From assembly GCF_964204645.1 (NCBI RefSeq), contig NC_134030.1, positions 12,235,947 through 12,299,946 of the forward strand: a DNA stretch of 64,000 bases, in the 5' to 3' direction. Shown here one piece after another: positions 57,901 through 64,000 of this stretch; positions within the stretch are counted from its first letter, which is position 1; the number at the start of each line of letters is the position of its first letter. Source of the stretch: Tubulanus polymorphus. Lineage: Eukaryota; Animalia; Nemertea. The notes below the pieces were generated by a model, which was not told where the DNA came from, did no database searches, and saw only the letters and a list, made by a program, of their open reading frames with translations. The position numbers and the translations under genes were made by a program.

Positions 57901-59659
57901 TTTCGTTACGGCGTATCACTCAATCTGAAAAAAAAAGTCTTCCGATCCTGTCACGTGACTTCATAACTGCAACTACTTGACGATAGCTTAGGTTCTCATT
58001 CTTCGAACCAAAAATATAACAAATTGTTAAACAACCAATTGCCTGATGCTACAAGTGATAACCTAGGTTCACCCTCTGATAATATATTTCAATTTACAAT
58101 ATTTCATAAATTGTATGTATTATATGATTTATACTTATAAGCAACATAAAAAAAGACAACCAAAGAGGGCAATAGACCTTGACACTTCGTTGAGAAAAAT
58201 TTAAAGTTCCAGACATTAGTGGTTGTTACAGAAGTAGAACCGCTGTGAACTAGAGATTTTTTATCTACATACAGTAAACTCTGCCTAAGTCAGATCAATT
58301 TGTACCCAATAATTTAGCCAGAATCCGACTAGGAAGACCATTTTTTAAATATTTTGGAACTCATTTATTAAGGACTATGGTTGCTAATATAGGGTTTATT
58401 CACTGTAAAAACTGTTATATGCAGAAAAAAACGTAAACAAATAATCAATGGTGTTCTATTTGAAGTAACCTCAGTTTTTGGTTGTTTGTGGCTTGTATCA
58501 TCTGTGTGATGTACGATCGATTGGCCATACCTAAATCTGTAGCCGGGAATCCCTTCGTCAGCATTCAAATACTGGGAGCGACCTCGCATTCCAGCAATCG
58601 TTCTGCTGTCAGCGTCATTTATCTGGGATTCGAACCCACCCGCAGAATTCACTTACCGTTTGGAACCGTCAGCGCCGGCCCTACGAGCATGATGGGTCCG
58701 GTCCTTAATTGTCAGAATTCACTGGGGGTTAAATAATACTGGTTAGACCAATGGTCGTTCAGATTATACGACTTGGGTGCATTAAGTAACGAAAACGATT
58801 TTTAGACATTGCTACGAGATAAGCGATTATCCGACTTGACTGGCTACGGCTTAGGTGAATACAAAACCATTACTTTATATAGGAAACTGAAAATTTTTTC
58901 TACATTGCAACGAGATGAGCGGTAATATGACTTGAGCGGTAATATGACTCGGCCGGATCGGACTTAGGCAGAGTTTACTGTACTTTACAATTCTGATCAC
59001 CTGTAAAAAATGTGTAATTTTCATCTGCGTATTTGTACACAAGTCCTTTTTTAAATCATGATCAAGCTCACAATAACACTACAGCAGTTATAGAAATGAA
59101 CTGATTACGAATCTTATTACAATTTACATAAGTAAATGGCTGTTTAGGAGGCCCGAGGAATCATTTGTTATAGCCTTCACTGCCGAATTCAGATCAATAA
59201 TGGTATTTTTGCATGGAACAAAAAGTATACGAATCTTTGAAAGATAAGTACTACGGTATGTGACGGAAATGTTTCACAAATTTCTTTTCTCATTGATTCA
59301 TCTTCAATTGGTATTTGGTAATTTTAAAGGGCACTAATCAAATATCAAAAGCGTACGGTACAAAAGAACCATTACACAGCATTTTGTGAGCAAGTAATTT
59401 CCGCACAGGTCTCCAGAGCCATAAAGAAGACTACAGCAAAGTCAATGATAACAATAGATACATATCTTTTAACAGTAATTGTAAAAAAAGGCACTGATTT
59501 GAGATGAAAAGACATACCATCAGCCTCAACTTCATGTAAATGAGCCTCCACTGTATCGTAGCCTAAAACTTGATAACCCTTCTTTTGAAGATTTCTGGCC
59601 ATATGACTGCCCATATTTCCTAGTCCGATGAAACCAATTTTCTTTCCATCATGATGGCA
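48807..59659 (-). CDS. HIBADH: 3-hydroxyisobutyrate dehydrogenase (5'-partial), complement(join(48807..48971,50108..50264,53446..53522,55672..55799,56145..56266,56497..56614,59518..59659))
   Basis: The spliced frame is open with consistent intron phases (1,2,1,0,2,0). Motifs: GFIGLGNMG, IITMLPSSPHV, IDSSTIDP, DAPVSGG, LTFMVGG, GTGQAAKICNN, STGRCWSSE.YNPVP, KDLGLAQ and KDFSS. The exon for the mitochondrial presequence was not located. Confidence 0.95.
50108..50264 (-). CDS. HIBADH: HIBADH exon (LGLQPEM...GGFGTALMTK)
   Basis: AAG acceptor, GTAAGA donor, 157 nt. Confidence 0.93.
51054..52960 (+). mobile_element. HINE/DINE-1-like element (family C) with a ~140-bp central satellite array
   Basis: 5' TTTTTATGCCCCCGG and 3' CCGGGGGCAT sub-terminal inverted repeats; about 5 units of GTAGGATATCACTTGGGCCAGAACCCTAT...CCAGGGGGCCGAC...TTCAAACTTGGTACAC. 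Confidence 0.75.
51446..52355 (-). mobile_element. HINE family A copy 2, inserted into the family C array
   Basis: Reverse complement of both ends and of the ~1865-2150 part of 833-3227; splits a repeat unit at GATAC|...|CAAGTAGG without a clear TSD. Confidence 0.8.
53446..53522 (-). CDS. HIBADH: HIBADH exon (AAKICNNLLLAISMIGTSEAMNLGI)
   Basis: TACAG / GTAAGT, 77 nt; catalytic K..NN motif. Confidence 0.93.
54350..55235 (-). repeat. Composite HINE-like repeat; 54350-55000 is duplicated at 62416-63052 and 55030-55140 matches 2265-2375 inverted
   Basis: Shared blocks are visible by eye. The minus-strand 5' end is TTTTTAGCCCACTT...GCGGGCTA followed by a (GTCC)n microsatellite. Confidence 0.65.
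55672..55799 (-). CDS. HIBADH: HIBADH exon (VNAAKDGILTFMVGG...GHVGTGQ)
   Basis: TTGCAG / GTGAGT, 128 nt. Confidence 0.93.
56145..56266 (-). CDS. HIBADH: HIBADH exon (AVKKGTLLIDSSTIDP...MDAPVSG)
   Basis: TTCAG / GTAAAT, 122 nt. Confidence 0.93.
56497..56614 (-). CDS. HIBADH: HIBADH exon (ITPAVSPEAIA...ITMLPSSPHVQDVYTG..GLF)
   Basis: CGTAG / GTTAGT, 118 nt. Confidence 0.9.
56902..57550. mobile_element. PIF/Harbinger-like MITE
   Basis: 24-bp perfect TIRs GGGGCCGTGCATAAAGTACGTACG; TTA TSD. Confidence 0.9.
58272..58980. mobile_element. Tigger/pogo-like MITE
   Basis: 20-bp perfect TIRs CAGTAAACTCTGCCTAAGTC; TA TSD. Confidence 0.9.
59518..59659 (-). CDS. HIBADH: HIBADH first visible exon (CHHDGKKIGFIGLGNMG...EAD)
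   Basis: Rossmann GxGxxG motif; TTGCAG / GTATGT, 142 nt. Confidence 0.92.
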
Positions 59660-60707
59660 CTGCAATGAATACAAAAAAATACCCTCCGATAACCAAATTA
59701 ATCAATCTGTACGCAACCATTACTGGAACAAAACTTTTACTTGATTAATTAACTAGGGGTCCAGGGATACCATGCCCAATGGGTGAAATGCTTGCAATGA
59801 GACAATTTCAAAATCAAAACTTCCCTCGTAAACGATGACGTTTACAAATGATATGCTTGGCATGCATAGTTAAAAACTGACTGCTAGATGATAAATGTTT
59901 AACAGTAACCAGTATATGACGGAGGCGCACCCCTGACCAGGCCGGTAGCGTAAGGGGTCAAGGGGGTTACAACAAATCGCCCAAATTTGTATAGCTCGGC
60001 TGCTGAAGGCTAAAATACATAATTTGCTATGAACAACGCCACCTGGTGGCCATATAGATAATTAAATGACCATGAAGATGCAGTATTAGCATCATAAACT
60101 GTACAACTTTGCTCCGCATTGTGTCCATTAATTCTGGCTAATTAAGAATCCATTCACAAAAATGTAAGAAATTCTATTTTCAACAAATTTCATGAGTGGC
60201 CGTAATTTGCATAATTTATGCGTAAATCAAACACGTTCCTCATGTTTTGCAACTAATTATGGTAATTCAGGGGCGAATCGTGGTTGGGGGAAGGGGGATT
60301 CACCTCATATAATAAGGGCCCTTTATTTTTCAAATTTAGAAACCGGTACATGGTATGCAATTGTAGTGCATACTACTGTTAAAGAAGTACGGTGGACTTT
60401 TGTCATAGATCATTGTTGGAATTTTTCAAAAGGGCACTTTATTAGAAAGGGAGGTTTGGACCCGCATCTGTCATTACTAGTACCAAGTTTCATAATTTTT
60501 CAACTTACTTTCAAAGCAAAAAATGAAAAAACAAAGATGACCACCAACCATCCGTCTTTGGCTGAATCATCATAATCTCATAGAATATTCATAAACAAGT
60601 TATGTACAGCAACGACATTTTCAAAAGGGGTCAAAAAAGTCAAAGTCAAATTTCATGCGTACAAAATAAATGGCTCTTCGTGCTTTATCGCATGGATGTT
60701 TTCTCGC

Positions 60708-62150
60708 TTAATGAAAGTTTCCGTTGCGCTGGAATATGATTCCAAGGTACATATATTGGTCCACTACTTCCACTAATTTGACGTTGAATATAAATTCGAA
60801 TTTCGGTAGGTGTTTTCTGTTGCTTTTGTTGAAAATTACAACTTCAGTTTTCGAAACGTTTATTGAGAGTTTGTTCAGGGAGCAATATTCTTCAAGTAAT
60901 TTCAAGCCGAGTTGGAGATTTTTCGCATCGTTCGCTAAGATAACGGTATCGTCTGCATATAACAGGATTCCAAGACGAAGCATCGGGGTTAAGTATATCG
61001 ATATCTCTTCCCATCTGGAAGCCGTATGGAAACAGTTCAATTTCTGCAAAACAGTTTTCCAGATTATATTTTTCGATATTGTTAATGAACAGGGATAATA
61101 AGAACGGGCTAAGGTTTTCACCTTGTTTAACACCTATCGAGCAGTTAAGGAAGGCGGATTCTTTACCATTCTCAAAGATGCAGGAGGCTGAGGCATACAT
61201 AATTCTAATAAGGTAAAATACTTTCCCATTGACATTGTTTAGCATGAGTTTCGACCAGAGTCCAAAATGCGGCACCGTGTCAAACGCTTTTTTATAGTCC
61301 ACGAAACAGCAAAACAGTGATTTATTGTATGCGGTGACGATGTCGGCTAAACACTTAAGGGAGAATATGTGGTCAGCGGTTGAGTAGTTTGCCCTGAATC
61401 CAGCTTGGTTTTCGTTTATTAAAAGCGCTTGGTCCGAGTAGTCATTAAGACGGCTGTTAATTATCAACAAAAATAGTTTGCCTATGCAGCTAAGTAACGT
61501 TATGCCACGACAGTTGTCAGGATTCGTTTTTTCACCCTTATTTTTATATAGGGGCTTAATTAATCCAATGGTCCACGGCTTCGGTAGAATGCCCGTATTT
61601 GGCACCAAGTTGAAAAATTTTGTTAGGAGCCGGGCTATTTTGTTGAGCTATCTCGTTGCGTATATAATCAACGCTCGCTGCTTTGTTGTATTTCAGGCGT
61701 TTGATAGCCTTCTCGTCTCGTTTTCGTTTTCAATATTACCATTGATGATGTGGTTATTTTCATCGACGTTATGAGTAAAGTTTGGCATAGACAGGTCATC
61801 GTCTGATGCAGTTGACAGCGTTTTGAAATGCTGAGCTAGTGTTTCTATATCAATTTTACACGACAAGTCTTCTTTGTTTTGACCTTTGAGGAGATTCCGG
61901 AAAGCTTTAGGATCGCTTGATTGGTATGTGCGGAGTTTTTGGTGGAAATTGGCCTCGGCCTTTTTCTTGTATTTGTGAATGCAATTTTTATATTCTTTGC
62001 ATGCCAAGATCATGTTATCTGGTTTTGGTTGGATCCGTGTTCGCAGTATGTTTTCCGCGCACGATTATAGTCCCTTCTTTAGTTATTGCATTCAGCGATA
62101 TTACTAGGCATGATGTTTAAGGACACCTGGTGGCAACACTGTAAATGGGA
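60708..62150 (-). mobile_element. Non-LTR retrotransposon RT fragment (CR1/L2/RTEX group), frameshifted
   Basis: PLYKNKG...PDNCRGITLLSCIGKLF, ENQAGFR, FVDYKKAFD, GVKQGENLSP, LLYADD and YMYLG. Confidence 0.9.
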
Positions 62151-62175
62151 AACACTGAAAATTCCTTCGATAGCA

Positions 62176-63833
62176 AACAAGAGGACCATAAGGTCCATAT
62201 GGTTGAAGACAGTGCATGAGGAGATATCAGTTTTAGTGAAAGCAATTCACGTGTTTCCAGGGTTTCTTTTAACCAAGTCCTGAAAAATTCTTTGAGGAAT
62301 TGTGAAAATAAACTGATTACTTTTTTTTTCTAAAGACATTAAAGTGTTCTTATTTTAGTTTCTTTCAATATAACGATCTTTTTCAATAATAAAATGCGTG
62401 GATCTTCATTCCCTAAAAAGCATAGTGTAATCGTCCCAGACATCCTACCCACCCAATTTCATAATGGTATAGTCCACGCGTTAACCGATGAAACTGTGTT
62501 CTCTGTGCGTATGATGCTTCAATGAATGAAGTTCATGTGACAGGCACTAGGCCTACTACTAGTGGTAATTTTTATTAACCAAAGACCACATGGTAACATA
62601 GGAATGCACTTAAAATGGCTCTGAAAATCCTCAAACTTTCCCCTTTGCTTTGGGCCTGAAGCCTGATGTGCTCGACTTGGCATAGATACGCTTGCACAAT
62701 TTTTTCCCAAATAAAGAGAACGTACATTTTTTAACGATCACGGAAGCCCTGCGTATCTCATTATATCTTTTTTTCTAGTACCGCGCGCCGAAAAACAGTT
62801 TATCTTTCGTCAGTCAATCTGAGTGGGCGTGTGTTTATACGAGGCGGGACACAGCCCCTTGTCTAGCTGTGTGTATACAGCACTGCTGTCTCTAGTCTAC
62901 TATTACATGTACTATAACTCACTCGGGGTATTCCCCAAGAATACAGCATTGAATGGCGTGATATGTGATACCGGCTGGCATTACTGGTAATTTTCATTGC
63001 ATGAAGAAAATCCTTCACTCGCAGTTCTTTCAGGAAATAAAATCCGGGCTAGTGAATGACTTACACAGCAGAGACTACCTTACCGATACTCTCCCTGTCA
63101 GCGTAATCCACGAACTGCGCAGCATCTATGAACTACTTACGAATGTATTAGTACGCGAGCACCTGTGAGGATAGTGATGGGGATAACACTTAATTGCTGA
63201 GTAAAATCGAAATAGACAATTTACTGATATGGTGAGCCCTTCGTGCACCTCAAAACTTTCCATAATTCATCACGATTTTGGGACCTTAGGTACAACAGGC
63301 TATGATGTTCATGTTCATAGCTAGTATCATGCATATAGGCAAATGACGCGTTACAGACAACTTTTTATTGGATTATCAGTTCTATATCGATACAGCATTA
63401 TGGGACTATATCCATAGCAGTAGAGATACTACGGGTGTTGTTCGGTAAACGGCAGAATTTTTACCAGCGACGATCCATATATGGTCTCCGACCATAAAAA
63501 TGGGGGAATGTTCAGAACATAACGACTGAGTTTTGTAAACATCAAAGTATTACTGAGAATGATGTGAAACCAATTCGCACATCAATTTTTACAAAATGAC
63601 CCCTGGTGGTGCCACCAGTAGTCTATTTGAAACAATCGATAACAATCAACGGGGTACCAAGATGAACAAGCGTACCAAATTTCGTGAAAATATCCCTTAC
63701 GGATATGGAGAAAAGTGTGACAAAAATATTAGTTGACCCCGACAGATGACGGACAGACGATGGCCAAACGGACGAACGAACGGACAGATGACGACGGCTC
63801 ATCCCCCAACCCTTCGGTCACAGCATAGCTAAA
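62176..63833 (-). repeat. Composite HINE-like element(s)
   Basis: Minus-strand 3' hairpin GGACCTTATGGTCC plus TCTTGTT at 62176-62196; 5' TTTTAGCT and GTCC/GTCT microsatellite at 63740-63833; contains the block shared with 54350-55000. The two ends may not belong to one element. Confidence 0.5.
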
Positions 63834-64000
63834 ATGTGTTTGACTTGGACTACCACCTTCAACGGTATTTGCTAGAATGAGTGGCAGCTGGTTGATGGTA
63901 GCCAGTTTCCTGGGGCCATAGGTACCAATGTAAATAGGCAAATTGTACATAATTCAATATCAAACTCCACCTGGCGGTGAGAACAAAATCTGGGTAACCC

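Overview
AT-rich animal genomic DNA, probably from a marine invertebrate such as a lophotrochozoan (inferred from the spliceosomal introns and the repeat families). It holds two convergent housekeeping genes. RPE (ribulose-5-phosphate 3-epimerase, + strand) has 5 coding exons at 3292-35467 and encodes 233 aa. HIBADH (3-hydroxyisobutyrate dehydrogenase, - strand) has 7 visible coding exons at 59659-48807; its first exon was not found. The RPE intron after coding exon 2 is about 30.8 kb (4123-34962) and is packed with decayed transposon genes: BEL/Pao, MULE, piggyBac, EnSpm/CMC plus a DUF4806-like gene, a LINE 5' end, a polyQ-BEN gene, a Gypsy with an extra SGNH-like ORF, a SAP-SWIM-YqaJ gene, a tRNA-SINE and a Penelope RT fragment. 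All ten orientable items are antisense to RPE. Between the two genes lies a full-length but inactivated Gmr1-type Gypsy element (gag-PR-IN-RT-RH, 306-bp LTRs, tRNA-Pro PBS, TAAG TSD). The rest is MITEs (Tc2/pogo-like, Harbinger-like, hAT-like, IS3EU-like), Helentron-associated (HINE/DINE-1-like) elements carrying CTCF-like motifs, and LINE fragments. All calls come from manual reading and motif recognition; no database searches were run.
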